Below, piece after piece: positions 40,105 through 52,071 of a stretch of DNA of 64,000 nucleotides. Made by a program: the position numbers and the translations under genes. The notes under the pieces are model-generated. The model had not been told where the DNA came from, ran no database searches, and saw only the letters and a program-made list of their open reading frames with translations. Source of the stretch: a bacterium (lineage in GTDB: Bacteria; RBG-13-61-14; DATKZS01); contig CAXXFL010000002.1 in the NCBI GenBank assembly GCA_963674965.2, positions 64,001 through 128,000 of the forward strand. Direction: 5' to 3'. Positions within the stretch are counted from its first letter, which is position 1, and every line of letters begins with the position of its first letter.

Positions 40105-40535
40105 AACAGCAGGAAGTGAAAAAGCGTATCAGCGAATCAGGCGGCCTCGAGGTGGAGTTCACCCTCTCGCCAAGCCAACGTCATCAAGGCAAGAAGAAGA
40201 CATCAAAACCGGAAGTAGAACCGGGCAGCATCCCCCGCGTCACTCGCCTCATGGCCCTCGCCATCAAGTTCGACGGCATGCTCGCTCGCGACGAGGTCCG
40301 CGACTACGCCGACATCGCCCGCCTCGGCTACGTCTCCCGCGCCCGCGTCACCCAGATCATGAACCTCACCAACCTCGCCCCCGACATCCAGGAGGAAATC
40401 CTTTTCCTCCCCCGCACGGTCAAAGGCCATGATCCGATCCGTGAGCAGAAACTACGGCCTATAGCAATGGAGCCGGATTGGGGGGAGCAGAAGAAACTAT
40501 GGAAACAGCTTCTTCATCAAAGACGTAGGTCATAA
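40101..40535 (+). CDS. Recombinase-associated HTH-like hypothetical protein
   Basis: ADIARLGYVSRARVTQIMNLTNLAPDIQEEIL, with a paralogous fragment at ~54290-54514. Confidence 0.75.
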   Translation: MKQQEVKKRISESGGLEVEFTLSPSQRHQGKKKTSKPEVEPGSIPRVTRLMALAIKFDGMLARDEVRDYADIARLGYVSRARVTQIMNLTNLAPDIQEEILFLPRTVKGHDPIREQKLRPIAMEPDWGEQKKLWKQLLHQRRRS

Positions 40536-41064
40536 GGATAGAATCCTCGCTTTTTCTTTCTCCCACTCTTCCTCTGTCCCCAGGAATTCCAGGAAATGTT
40601 CCTTTGCGGAATCCGGATCGTCCTTTACCCACTGATTCCACATTTCTTCACCCATCTTGTCGCACTCTTCGCAATTTTGGTTTACGAAATTTTCTATCTG
40701 CTTCTTGCTGGGCCGTCTACGATAAATCTTTTCTTTTGGCCTGTTACAAAGCCAACATGCACAGCGTAAAATCCAGGTCTTCTCGGACTCGGACTTTGAG
40801 TCTCTCTGAGTCAAAGTATGCTTTACAGGTCCGTCGAAAAACATTATTGCACCCCCTTACCGGTTCTTGTCGCTGAACTCATCAATTTCTTTCAGGCTTA
40901 TTTCTCCCAAGAATTCGCCTTGCCCGAAAACGACCTTTTTCTTACTGCCTCCAATCGATATGTAGGGAACATTGGCCGTTTGTCTGGTAGCTTCTGTCTT
41001 GTTGGTCACTTCTCCCTGCTTGTTTATCCAAACCGACCAGCGGCGATTAAGTGACAAGCAACCC

Positions 41065-41311
41065 GGCAATGCAGAACAAATGGCTGGAGGTCATACGATC
41101 TCGCAGAATCATGGGAAAAAATCTGGACGGTTTGAAATACATAATCGCGGCCATGAACCCGCCCAGTTATATCGGAGCGCACCCCTTGGACGCGGCTTTG
41201 GCAGGGCGGTTCGCCTTCGTCATCCACGTGCCCGAGGTTTCGGACATGTCCAATCAGGCCGTGTCCAATATAGTACGGCAAGTCTCGGAGGACGACGCCC
41301 CCAACCGTTGA
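41065..41311 (+). pseudogene. Fragment of a MoxR/AAA_5-type ATPase
   Basis: IIAAMNP..YIGAHPLDAALAGRF with no Walker A. Confidence 0.65.
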
Positions 41312-41590
41312 TCGACTGGAAGGTTATAATCAGTGCGGTCAAGGACCGTATTGCAGGATTTTAGCCTTTATAGATACTTGCAAAGGAGATACTCGACCTG
41401 CTTGGCTATATGCAGTATGTTTGGGGGAAATTGGCAGCGCCCTAAGCCCAATTGCACAATGGCCATGATCGTACTGCTAAAAGAAAAATTTAGGGAGGCT
41501 CCTTGATTTTTTCCTTACAGATGATATAACAAATGTAAGTTTCGTTCGCATAAATAGGGACTTTCTATTAAGGGTCGAAAGGTGCAACTT

Positions 41591-41830
41591 ATGTCTCCAG
41601 ATGAACGCAATTATCCAGCTCTATTAAAAGAAATCCGTAGCCAGCTGGCGTTAAGCCAAGAAGATCTGGCTAGAGAAATTGGAGTAAGTTACGCAACAAT
41701 CAGCCGCTGGGAAAATGGTCAATCAAAACCATCAAAGCTAGCGAAAACCCAGTTAGAGTCTTTCTGTGCAAGAATGATAAAGCGGGGAAGATTAGGTTTA
41801 CCGAATGAATTGAAGCATTCGTTTCGATAA
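41591..41830 (+). CDS. XRE-family HTH regulator upstream of the RM operon
   Basis: LKEIR..LALSQEDLAREIGVSYATISRWENGQSKPS. Confidence 0.9.
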   Translation: MSPDERNYPALLKEIRSQLALSQEDLAREIGVSYATISRWENGQSKPSKLAKTQLESFCARMIKRGRLGLPNELKHSFR

Positions 41831-41849
41831 TCGAGGGTACGATAAAATC

Positions 41850-42791
41850 ATGAACAGCTTTGGGCAAAAAGTTAGTTTCATTTGGTCGGTCGCCGATCTT
41901 CTGCGCGGGCCGTATCGCCCCAACCAATACAAGGATGTCATGCTCCCCATGACGGTCCTTAGAAGGCTCGACTGCGTCCTGGAGCCCACCAAGGAAAAAG
42001 TCCTCGAACAGCGAAAGAAGCTCTCGGGCGGCAAGGTCAAAAATGTCGATCCCATACTTTGCCGGGCTACCGGCGTGCCTTTCTACAACACCAGCCGCTA
42101 CAGCTTCGACAAGCTCAAGGGCGATCCCAACAACATCGCCGCGAATCTCACCAACTACATCAAGGGCTTCTCTGCCAGGGCCCGCGAGATCATAGAACAC
42201 TTCGGCTTCGAGGAACAGATCGCCAAACTCGACAAGGCCGACCGCCTCTATCTCATCGTCGCCAAGTTCTGCGAGATCGACCTTCACCCGGACACCAAAA
42301 CTGCGGAGGCCGAGATAAAGGCGGGCAAGGAAAAACAGGAGGCCATTCTTTCGGCGCTCAGTACCATCGCCGACCAGGGCATGGTCAAAAACCGGGAAAA
42401 GTGGTCCGGCCTCATGAAGCAGGCCTTCAAGAAGAAAAAGGTGGTTGTGCCCGCCGCGCTCTTCAAGGCCGTCCTCATGGCGCTTGCCGAACGCGACGAG
42501 ACAGCGGACGTATGTCTGGACAAGAACGGCAACCCCGAGCCGGACTCTGAACTCAGGGACTTCGAGAACGTGCCCCTAAAGGAAAACATCGAAGAATACA
42601 TGAAGCGCGAAGTCTTGCCTCATGTGCCCGACGCCTGGGTGGACCATGATAAAACCAAGATCGGCTACGAGATCAATTTCAACCGATACTTCTATAAATA
42701 CGTTCCGCCCCGACCTCTCGATGAGATAGAGAAGGACTTGAAGACAATAGAAAAAGAAATCGCCGACATGCTGGCTGAGGTGACCGAATGA
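41850..42791 (+). pseudogene. hsdM: Type I RM methyltransferase with in-frame internal deletion
   Basis: HsdM N-terminus (FIWSVADLLRG...LRRLDCVL) and C-terminus (REVLPHVPDAW...GYEINFNRYFY) join near 42295. No SAM-binding or NPP(F/Y) motif. Confidence 0.85.
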
Positions 42792-43945
42792 ATGACAAAA
42801 ACGACGGACTTGCGCCCCGTTCCGAGATCGTACTCTACCAGACGGAGGATGGAAAAAGCCATCTCCAGGTAATCCTTGATGAAGGGACTGTATGGCTTCC
42901 CCAACGTCTATTAGCAGAGCTATACCAGGTCTCGATCCCGACCGTAAGTGAGCATATTAAAAACATTTTCGAGGAAGAAGAACTGTCGCCAGAGGCAACT
43001 ATTAGGAAATTCCTAATAGTTCAGATGGAAGGTGACAGGCAGGTAAAACGCGCCGTGGATCACTACAACCTTGATATGATACTGGCGGTCGGATACAGGG
43101 TTCGGTCCCACAGAGGCACCCAGTTCAGGCAGTGGGCGACTGAAAATCTCAGCGAGTACCTCGTCAAGGGATTCGTCATGGATGACGAGAGACTCAAGGA
43201 AGGCAAACACCTGGGCACGGACTACTTCGATGAGCTTCTCGAACGGATTCGGGACATCAGGGCCTCCGAGAAGCGCTTCTATCAGAAAATTAAAGATATC
43301 TACTCCCTTTCCATCGATTACGATCCCAAGGCACCTCAAACCCAGGATTTCTTCAAGATCGTACAAAACAAGCTGCACTATGCCATCACCGGTCTCACCG
43401 CCGCCGAGATCATAAGGGACCGGGCCGACGCTGAACTCCCCAATATGGGACTCACCGCCTGGAGCGGTATCAAGGTAAGAAAACAAGACGTGATCGTTGC
43501 AAAGAACTACCTTACTCAGGACGAAATCGAGGAGTTGAACCGCTTCGTTACGATGTATCTCGATTATGCCGAAGACCAGACCAGGAGAAGGCAGCCCATC
43601 TATATGAAGGACTGGAGGAAAAAGCTCGACTCATTCCTCGAATTCAATGAGCGGGGAGTGCTGCGAAACGCGGGCGCGGTTTCAATGGATGACGCCAAGG
43701 AATTCGCCCGCGAGGAGTACGACAGATTTCGTGAAAGAAGGCTGGCCGAGGTCGACGAGATGGCCGAAAAAGAGTTCCAGGCCTTGGTAAGTGAAGTGGA
43801 GGCCAAGGGACTCAAGGCCGCGCCCAAAAAGAAAACCGCCAAAAAATCCTCGGCAAAGAAAAAAGCGGCCAAGAAAACCGGAGCGAAAAAGGCTTCGAAA
43901 AAGAAAACGGCCAGGAAAAAGGCAAGCAAGGTGAAGAGGAAGTAA
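42788..43945 (+). CDS. rhuM: RhuM-family protein with Lys/Ala-rich tail
   Basis: YNLDMILAVGYRVRS.RGTQFRQWA...YLVKGF.MDDERLK. Confidence 0.9.
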   Translation: MNDKNDGLAPRSEIVLYQTEDGKSHLQVILDEGTVWLPQRLLAELYQVSIPTVSEHIKNIFEEEELSPEATIRKFLIVQMEGDRQVKRAVDHYNLDMILAVGYRVRSHRGTQFRQWATENLSEYLVKGFVMDDERLKEGKHLGTDYFDELLERIRDIRASEKRFYQKIKDIYSLSIDYDPKAPQTQDFFKIVQNKLHYAITGLTAAEIIRDRADAELPNMGLTAWSGIKVRKQDVIVAKNYLTQDEIEELNRFVTMYLDYAEDQTRRRQPIYMKDWRKKLDSFLEFNERGVLRNAGAVSMDDAKEFAREEYDRFRERRLAEVDEMAEKEFQALVSEVEAKGLKAAPKKKTAKKSSAKKKAAKKTGAKKASKKKTARKKASKVKRK

Positions 43946-43979
43946 CATGTCGGTCGAGGTGATGGAATAGGAGAAAAGT

Positions 43980-44723
43980 GTGACCAAAATCAAAGAAAGC
44001 AAAACTACTGGGGAAGAAGTTTTCCTTGATTGCCCTCGTTGTAAAGTCAATACCAAACATGCAGTCGAGCGAGCTGTTGAATGGTCAGGCTTTGACGAGG
44101 AAGACTGTGTTCATTATTGGGAAGTTGCTCAGATTATAAGATGTAATGGCTGTGATAATTTGTCTTTCAGATTGCTTGAGGGTGACTCAATGAACACCGA
44201 TCACCATGGAGACCCGATTGAATCGCAAAAGCTTTATCCGGAAAGAGTCAACAGATCACTGGCCGACGAACTATACCTCCGACACGATGTGTATGATATT
44301 CCTCCAATTATTCAAACCGTCTACCGTGAGACCTTGTCGGCTGTTCAGCATGATTTATCCACACTCGCAGGTATTGGCATCCGCGCCATCATTGAGGCAA
44401 CTTGCCAGGACCTCAAGGCCAAGAAGGGGAATCTGGAAAAAAAGATTGATCAACTGGTAAGCATGGCACTCTTAACTCCAGCCGGCGCCGAAATTCTCCA
44501 CGGCATCCGCCTGCTTGGCAATGAGGCCGCCCACGAGATGAAAGCTCCGAAAAAGGGGCAAATCATAGCCGCGCTCAAGGTGATTGACCATCTACTGCTC
44601 GGGGTATATGTACTTCCTCAAGAAGCCTCTAGTCTGCCCAAGAGAAAGCCAAAGGCTTCTGGGAAGGCAACCAAAAAGAGCAGTAAGAGTAGCGCGAAAA
44701 AAACCTCTCGGAGCAAGGCATGA
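43980..44723 (+). CDS. DUF4145 (HEPN-like) protein with Zn ribbon and basic tail
   Basis: CPRC/CNGC, RAIIE...L..KID.L...IRLLGNEAAHE. Confidence 0.85.
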   Translation: MTKIKESKTTGEEVFLDCPRCKVNTKHAVERAVEWSGFDEEDCVHYWEVAQIIRCNGCDNLSFRLLEGDSMNTDHHGDPIESQKLYPERVNRSLADELYLRHDVYDIPPIIQTVYRETLSAVQHDLSTLAGIGIRAIIEATCQDLKAKKGNLEKKIDQLVSMALLTPAGAEILHGIRLLGNEAAHEMKAPKKGQIIAALKVIDHLLLGVYVLPQEASSLPKRKPKASGKATKKSSKSSAKKTSRSKA

Positions 44724-46093
44724 CCAGCATCCACGTACAAGCTGGCAAACGAGCGACCTACCCGGCGTACAAGCCTTCTGGCATCGAATGGCTGGATAAG
44801 ATTCCCGATCATTGGGAGATTCATCGTCTCAAACACATCGCGTCGGTTCAATTCAGCAGCGTGGACAAGCACACCATTGATGGCGAAGAACCTGTACGCC
44901 TCTGCAACTACGTAGACGTGTATTACAACGACTTCATCAAAGAGGGCCTTGAATTCATGTCGGCGACTGCTACGAAGAACGAGATCGCTCGTTTTCAGCT
45001 TCGCCACGGAGACGTGTTGGTCACCAAGGACTCCGAGTCTTGGGATGATATTGCCGTTCCAGCTTATGTAGCTGAAGAACTCGATGGCGTTCTGTGTGGC
45101 TACCACCTTGCCCACATTCGTCCCGATCTTCGAAAGCTTCTGGGCGAGTATCTGTTCCGTGCATTCCGATCCCAGGGAATAAATGACCAGTTTCAAGTCG
45201 CTGCCAATGGCATTACGCGATTCGGCTTGGGCAAGTATTGGCTGGACAACGGACTAATTCCTGTTCCTCCGCTGGATGAGCAACGCTCCATCGCCTCCTT
45301 TCTTGACCGGGAGACGGCTCGGATTGATGGGTTGATCGAAAAGAAGGAGCGGCAGATCGAACTCCTCCAGGAGAAGCGCCAGGCTCTCATCTCCCATGCC
45401 GTCACCAAGGGTGTCAATTCCAACGCCAAGATGAAGGACTCCGGCATCGAGTGGCTGGGCAAGGTGCCAGTGCACTGGGAAGTTAAGAGACTCAAATTTC
45501 TTGTTTCGGAACCTCTTAAATATGGAGCCAATGAAGCCGCAGAGCTTGATAACCCGGAACTACCTCGCTACATCCGCATCACTGATGTAGATGAGAACGG
45601 TCGATTACGAGACGAGACTTTCAAATCGATACCGGAAGACATTGCGCGTCCATACATGTTGAAAGAGGGTGATCTTCTGCTTGCTCGTAGCGGTGCCACT
45701 GTTGGCAAGAGCTTCTACTATGAGCCGTCATGGGGAAGGGCAGCTTTCGCCGGATACTTAATTCGGGCAAGGTTTAACCCCGCCAAGATGACGCCTCGCT
45801 TTGTAAATTATTTTACAAACTCACAACAGTACTGGCAGTGGCTTAATTCATCTTTCATTCAGGCAACTATTCAAAATGTCAGTGCTGAAAAGTACGCCAA
45901 TCTTCTGGTAACTGTACCGCCCTTCGATGAGCAAACAAAGATAGTTACCTTCCTTGATGACGCATGGAAAAAGTTTGGTGGACTGATTGATAAAATAGGC
46001 GAGTCGATTAATCGTCTCATGGAGTATCGTGCAGCTATTATAACATCAGCGGTAACCGGAAAGATTGATGTAAAGAACGAGGTCGCATCATGA
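44720..46093 (+). CDS. hsdS: Type I RM specificity subunit
   Basis: YKPSGIEWL..IP.HW, PPLDEQ..IA.FLD, MKDSGIEWLG, AVTGKIDV. Confidence 0.95.
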   Translation: MTSIHVQAGKRATYPAYKPSGIEWLDKIPDHWEIHRLKHIASVQFSSVDKHTIDGEEPVRLCNYVDVYYNDFIKEGLEFMSATATKNEIARFQLRHGDVLVTKDSESWDDIAVPAYVAEELDGVLCGYHLAHIRPDLRKLLGEYLFRAFRSQGINDQFQVAANGITRFGLGKYWLDNGLIPVPPLDEQRSIASFLDRETARIDGLIEKKERQIELLQEKRQALISHAVTKGVNSNAKMKDSGIEWLGKVPVHWEVKRLKFLVSEPLKYGANEAAELDNPELPRYIRITDVDENGRLRDETFKSIPEDIARPYMLKEGDLLLARSGATVGKSFYYEPSWGRAAFAGYLIRARFNPAKMTPRFVNYFTNSQQYWQWLNSSFIQATIQNVSAEKYANLLVTVPPFDEQTKIVTFLDDAWKKFGGLIDKIGESINRLMEYRAAIITSAVTGKIDVKNEVAS

Positions 46094-46734
46094 GCCTTGC
46101 AACAACAACTCCGATTTTCCGTTTTCTTCACATCGACAATCTGCCGGTGTATCTTCGGCGCGGTATGCTTCATTCCCCTAATCACACTCCCGATGACGGT
46201 CTTGCTTACAGGACCATACACAACGAGGACATTCAACAGCGCCGCCGGGTCACGCGGATTCCATGCGGCCCGGGCGGTGTCATCCATGACTATGTATCGT
46301 TCTACTTTGGTCCCCGTTCGCCCATGCTTTATCAACTGCACACGGGGTGGGTGCAGGGATATTGCGAAGGACAAGAACCCCTCATCTATCTTGTATCCAC
46401 GGCGCAAACCGTGGCGGCGAGCGGTGCTGAATTCGTGTTTTCCGACGGCCACGGCATCGCCCATTTCACGCACTGGTTCGACAATCTTGCGAACCTGAAT
46501 GAGTTGGATTGGGAAGCAATTTATGCTACCTATTGGGCAGACGATATAGAACACATGGACCGGCAGAGAAGGAAGCAGGCCGAGTTCCTGGTGCATTGCC
46601 GTTGCGACTGGTCTCTGATCCTGGAGATCGGCGTGCTCAACGACGGAATGCGATCCAGGGTGGAAGAGGTAATGAATCGATTCCCGGAGGCACTGTGCCG
46701 ACCGGTGAATGTTCGAACAGACTGGTACTATTGA
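46090..46734 (+). CDS. darT: DarT DNA ADP-ribosyltransferase toxin (DUF4433)
   Basis: HIDNL...HDYVSFYFGPRSPMLY...FVFSDG...RRKQAEFLVH. Confidence 0.9.
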   Translation: MSLATTTPIFRFLHIDNLPVYLRRGMLHSPNHTPDDGLAYRTIHNEDIQQRRRVTRIPCGPGGVIHDYVSFYFGPRSPMLYQLHTGWVQGYCEGQEPLIYLVSTAQTVAASGAEFVFSDGHGIAHFTHWFDNLANLNELDWEAIYATYWADDIEHMDRQRRKQAEFLVHCRCDWSLILEIGVLNDGMRSRVEEVMNRFPEALCRPVNVRTDWYY

Positions 46735-46747
46735 GGCATTGGAGGGC

Positions 46748-47800
46748 ATGGAAATGATAGAGATAACCCGGGGCAACATTTTGAAGGCTGATGCCGACGC
46801 CTTGGTCAACACCGTGAACACCGTGGGGCACATGGGCAAGGGGATCGCCCTTCAGTTCAAGAAGGCTTTCCCCGCGAACTATGATGCGTACCGCAAAGTA
46901 TGCGACGCCAAGGAATTGCAGCCTGGCAATATGTTCGTTTACGAGACCAATTCCATGCTGAACCCCAAGTACATCATCAATTTTCCCACCAAACGTCACT
47001 GGCGAGGCAAGTCGCGCATGAGTGACATCGAGGCAGGGCTGAAGGCATTGGTGCAAGAAGTCCGGGAAAGAGGCATTCAATCCATCGCCATACCTCCCTT
47101 GGGTTGCGGCCTCGGCGGCCTGTCCTGGGACGAGGTCAAGCCGAGGATAGAGAACGCTTTCTCCGAGTTGCCCGAAGTAACGGTCCTTTTGTTCGAGCCA
47201 TTAGGTGCGCCGGAGGCCAAATCCATGCCCATTCGAACAAAGCGGCCTCACTTGACCGTTGCTCGCGCTTTGTTCATCAAAATGATGGATCAATATTCCA
47301 CGCTTGCCTATCGCATGACCCTTCTGGAAATTCAGAAGATGGCCTATTTTCTCCAGGAGTCGGGCGAAAAATTGAGGTTGAACTACGAAGAGGGCGTCTA
47401 CGGACCATATGCTCATAACTTGAACAAGGTGTTGGAGATTCTGGAGGGCCACTTCATCAGCGGTTATGGAGACACCCAGCGCCCGGATGTGGAAATCGAA
47501 ATTCTTCCAGGCTCCGTTGATGAAGCCAATGAATTTCTGCTTGATAAAGCGGAGTCGAGGGACAGGCTCGATAAAGTGAGTGAATTAATTGAAGGATTCG
47601 AAACGCCCTACGGCATGGAATTGTTGGCATCCGTTCATTGGCTGGCTGAACACCACGAGCCGCAAGCCATGGATGAGGAATCCGCCATTTCCATGTTGCA
47701 TGCCTGGACCGAGCGTAAACGCCGAATGTTCCGACCTGACCATGTGAGCATCGCGTGGCAACGCCTAATTGAGACGAACTTCATCCCAACGAAGAACTAA
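46748..47800 (+). CDS. darG: DarG macrodomain antitoxin
   Basis: ALVNTVNTVGHMGKGIALQFK, INFPTKRHW, PPLGCGLGGL, YGPYA, GFETPYGMELLASVHW. Confidence 0.92.
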   Translation: MEMIEITRGNILKADADALVNTVNTVGHMGKGIALQFKKAFPANYDAYRKVCDAKELQPGNMFVYETNSMLNPKYIINFPTKRHWRGKSRMSDIEAGLKALVQEVRERGIQSIAIPPLGCGLGGLSWDEVKPRIENAFSELPEVTVLLFEPLGAPEAKSMPIRTKRPHLTVARALFIKMMDQYSTLAYRMTLLEIQKMAYFLQESGEKLRLNYEEGVYGPYAHNLNKVLEILEGHFISGYGDTQRPDVEIEILPGSVDEANEFLLDKAESRDRLDKVSELIEGFETPYGMELLASVHWLAEHHEPQAMDEESAISMLHAWTERKRRMFRPDHVSIAWQRLIETNFIPTKN

Positions 47801-50590
47801 TGCCAGGCCAACACACAGAACAAGCCTTCGAAACCGCCATCGAGGACTGGCTGATCAATTCCAGCGGTTACGAGCAAGGCGATTGCGATGCATTCGACCA
47901 GGAGCGAGGGGTGTTCCCGGTTGACGTGATCTCGTTCATCCAGAAGTCTCAGCCCGAGGAATGGGAGTATCTTGAGAAACTGCAAAAGGACAAGGCCGAG
48001 GAGACGCTTCTGGACGATCTGTGCCGGGCGCTGAATTCAGAGCACGAAGGATGTCTCAAGGTCCTGCGTCACGGGTTCAAGTCTTTTGGCAAGCTTTTTC
48101 GGGTGGCTTACTTTGCTCCGGCCTCGGGCATGAACCCGGATACTTTGAAGCTCTATGAAGACAATAGGCTCACCATTACGCGGCAACTGAAATATTCCCA
48201 CAAGCACGGGAATACTCTTGACGTGACCCTTTCCTTGAATGGCATCCCCATCGCCACAGTGGAACTGAAAAATCCAATGACCGCCCAGAACTATCGGCAT
48301 GCCATCACCCAATACAAGAACGACCGCGATCCTTCGGACCTGATCTTCCAGTTCAAGAAACGGGCGCTGGTGCATTTCGCGGTGGACACGGACGAGGTTT
48401 ACATGTCCACGCGCCTGTCCGGAAGGAACACGCGCTTTCTGCCTCTCAACAAGGGGCGATCCGGCGGCGCTGGCAATCCCGAAAACCCTGGCGGGTACAA
48501 GACCGCATATTTATGGGAAGAGGTACTTGAGAGGCATAGTTTCCTGGACATCCTGGCCCGCTTCATCCACCTGCAGATCGAGGAGAAAAAGTTTGGCGGC
48601 AAGAAGGTGAAGCGGGAGACCATGATCTTTCCACGCTATCACCAGCTTGGCTGCGTTCGACAACTTGTTGTCGATGCTCGGGAGAAGGGACCAGGCACGA
48701 ACTATCTTGTCCAGCACTCGGCCGGAAGCGGTAAGTCGAACTCAATCGCCTGGCTCGCTCATCGTCTGGCGAGCCTTTATAACGAGAAGGACGAGAAGGT
48801 TTACGACTCGGTGATCGTTATCACCGACCGGGTGGTCCTGGATCAGCAGCTTCAGAACACCATCTACCAATTCGAACACAAGCAGGGCGTGGTGCAAAAG
48901 ATCGATGTCAATTCCTCCCAGCTCGCAGAAGCGTTGGTCGCTGGCGTGCCCATCGTGATTACGACCCTCCAGAAGTTCCCCTTTGTGACGGAAAAGATCG
49001 GCGACCTCTCGGAGAAGAAGTACGCCGTGATCATCGATGAGGCTCACAGCTCCCAGGGCGGTGAGACCGCGACTGAGCTGAAGGGCGTGCTTGCGGGAGC
49101 GGCCATCAAAAGGGAGATCGGGGCAATCGCCGACGTAGAGGGTTTGCCGGATTACGAGGAGGAGATTCTCAAGGCAATGGCCAAGCGAGGCCATCAGCCC
49201 AACATCAGCTTCTTCGCCTTCACAGCCACGCCGAAGTACAAGACAATTGAGGTTTTCGGTTCACCAGGGGCGGATGGCAAGCCGGAGCCTTTCCACCTCT
49301 ACAGCATGCGCCAGGCCATCGACGAAGGCTTTATCCTGGATGTGCTTCAGAACTACACCACCTATAAGACTTATTACAAGCTGATCAAGTCCATTGAGGA
49401 TGATCCCAAGGTGGACAAGCGCAAGGCTGGCCGGGCGCTGGCAAGGTTTATGAGCCTGCACCCGCACAACATTGCGCAGAAAACAGAAGTCATGGTCGAG
49501 CATTTCCGCCACTTCACTATGCACAAAATCGGGGGGAAGGCCAAAGCAATGGTTGTGACTTCCAGTCGTCTCCATGCAGTGAAGTACAAGCAGGCGTTCG
49601 ATAAATACATCTCCGAGAAAGGCTATACCGGCATCAAGACCCTGGTTGCCTTTTCCGGTACGGTGGTTGATCCGGACGCACCAGGGGTGGAATACACGGA
49701 AGTCGGCATGAACCAGGGTATTCGAGAAAAGGAACTGCCTGAAAGGTTTGGAACTGAAGAATACCAAGTGCTCCTGGTTGCGGAGAAGTACCAGACCGGA
49801 TTTGACCAGCCGCTTCTTCACACTATGTATGTGGACAAGCGGCTTGCAGGTATTCAGGCTGTGCAGACTTTGTCCAGGCTCAACAGAACGCATCCGGGTA
49901 AAGAGGACACCTTTGTCCTCGACTTCGTGAACGAGGCGAATGAAATCTTGAGCGCCTTCCAACCGTTCTATGAACAGACGCTCATCGGCGATAGGGCTGA
50001 TCCCAAACAACTCTATGAACTGCAGGCCAAGCTAGATTCTCAACAGGTGTATTATAAAGCCGAGGTTGAGGAGTTCTGCAGGGTTTTTTATAAGCCGAAA
50101 CGTAACCAGACATCGACTGATCATGCCCGGATGAACTCTTGTATCGATCCTGCCGTGGGTCGTTATAAGGAGTTGGAGGAGGAAGTTCGCGAGGAGTTCC
50201 GAAAGACTCTAGTGGCTTACCGGAATTTGTATTCTTTCCTGGCCCAGGTGATTCCTTTTCAGGACTCCGACCTGGAGAAGCTCTATTCATATGTTCGTTT
50301 CCTTCTGACCAAGTTGCCAAGAGGAGACCGAGGCCCGATCTACAATTTCGATGACGATGTGGCACTCAAGTTTTATCGGTTGCAGAAGATCAGCGAAGGC
50401 TCGATCAAGCTGGATCCTGGTAAGGAGGAGCCTATTTCCGGGCCAGTTGCAGTAGGCACCGGCGTTGCCAGGGGAGACGAGATCGAACTGTCAAAGCTGA
50501 TAGATATCCTGAATGAGCGGTTTGGTACGGAGTTCAAGCCTGGCGATCAACTGTTTTTCGAATCTATACGAGAGGACGCCGTTGCTGATA
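47800..50590 (+). pseudogene. hsdR: Type I RM restriction subunit, C-terminus cut at an inversion junction
   Basis: VELKNP, QHSAGSGKS, DEAH, FTATP, TGFDQP. After REDAVAD the frame reads into the antisense of the next gene (stop 50625). Confidence 0.85.
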
Positions 50591-52071
50591 AATGTGCGAA
50601 CATAAATCGCCGGGCGCTCAATTAGTGCTTCTGCCTTGGTTGAGAACGCCGAGGGATTGGTCGCTACATACTGCCCGAACGTTGAGGCGAGTCCTTCAAT
50701 GTCTGGCCCCATGAACCCACTCTGCTCCCCGGGCGTCCAGGAGGACACTCGCTCCACTGCCTGTTCAAACGTCACCTTGCTAAGCTCGTCGACGGTCATA
50801 GGGCTATTATGCCCCCAACGCCCAGAGTCGATGCGGACATTCAGGTCCGCCAATTCTGGTTTACCGTGTTTGGCAAGCATGTCCTCGTAAAACTTCTTTC
50901 GTTCGCCCTCCAGGTGCTTTCGCACCCAGTGCATCTTTTTAAATTTCCAATAATTTATCCGGTTTTGTCGGTCCTCATCTGTGGCATCGCGCCCCAGCCT
51001 CTCCTTGAAGGTTTGGTCGAAATCCGACATGTCGGGGCCAGCATCAATCCACCCGAACCACGTAGCCCTGTCTTCTGGCGTCAGCAAGTCCAGCCGACGG
51101 CCGACAAGCATCGCATACTCGTGCTTGTACCTATGATCATCGAACAGGTCACGGTTCATCATGATCTGGCGAGCCAGTGCAGCGTTCTGCTCCGCGAATT
51201 CATTGATCAGATGAACTTTGATGCGTCTGAAGACCACGTATGAATAAGGAGCTATTATTTCGAGCGCCTTACCAAGCGACAGGCTCTCATCTCGGATCGC
51301 TTGTTCGAAGCCCTGTCTGACGAATCCAACCATGACACCAGCGAATTCGTAATCCAGATTCTGTCCATGTTCCTCAATTGCCGGTCGCCACATGTAAGAG
51401 TAATCCGAGCCAGAAGCCGGGTCTACGTGTTTCTTGGCATCTACAGATACCTTCAACCATTCGCACAGCTTCATGAGAAACGCACGCGGTTCTCGTCCAG
51501 CCATAACAGGGATCACCTTTTTGAGTCCAGCCTTGTACCAGTACTCATCCCGCCGACTTGGCTCCTCTTGGCCCTCCTCGAACTTCGGTGTGAACAGAGC
51601 TTCAGCCAAGTCCATAGCGGCTTTCGCCTCGCCCCCTTCCGCGAGCCGAACACAGAGATCGCTGGCATCTTTGAAATTTAGAGAAAGTATTTCCTTTTGC
51701 ATGGCTTGAGATATTCTCGGAACAAGTGTCTTTGCTGCCGCAGATGGCATTGCTAGAGCGGCGTTTATTATGTCTCTTATGATCGATTCGTTATGTGTCT
51801 CTAACCCGATAAATATCGATGCAACCTCAGTTGGCGCATGCGGGGCCATTTTGGCCAGGTACTGTGATGCTGGCCAAAGGGGAAAACGGATTCCACCGCC
51901 CTTTACATGTTCGACCTTCGGTGGATTATCAAACATGCCCCTATTCTTAAGCGGCATGATCCAGTGAGGGTTCTCTAGCTGTGAAAAGAAATACGCCTCG
52001 TGCTGCGGAGAACTCAGCAGGGGCATTGCAGCTTCGACCTGTTCATCGGTTGGTTTGTCGTAAGATTTCAT
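50585..52071 (-). pseudogene. N-terminal part of a large helical hypothetical protein, inverted and truncated
   Basis: Long coding-like ORF (YFFSQLENPHWI.PL...WPASQYL...WRPAIEEH.QN) that runs into hsdR antisense without a natural end. Confidence 0.7.

Noticed and set aside
40530-41069. Small minus-strand ORFs
   Set aside because: No recognisable motifs. May be real fragments but cannot be supported.
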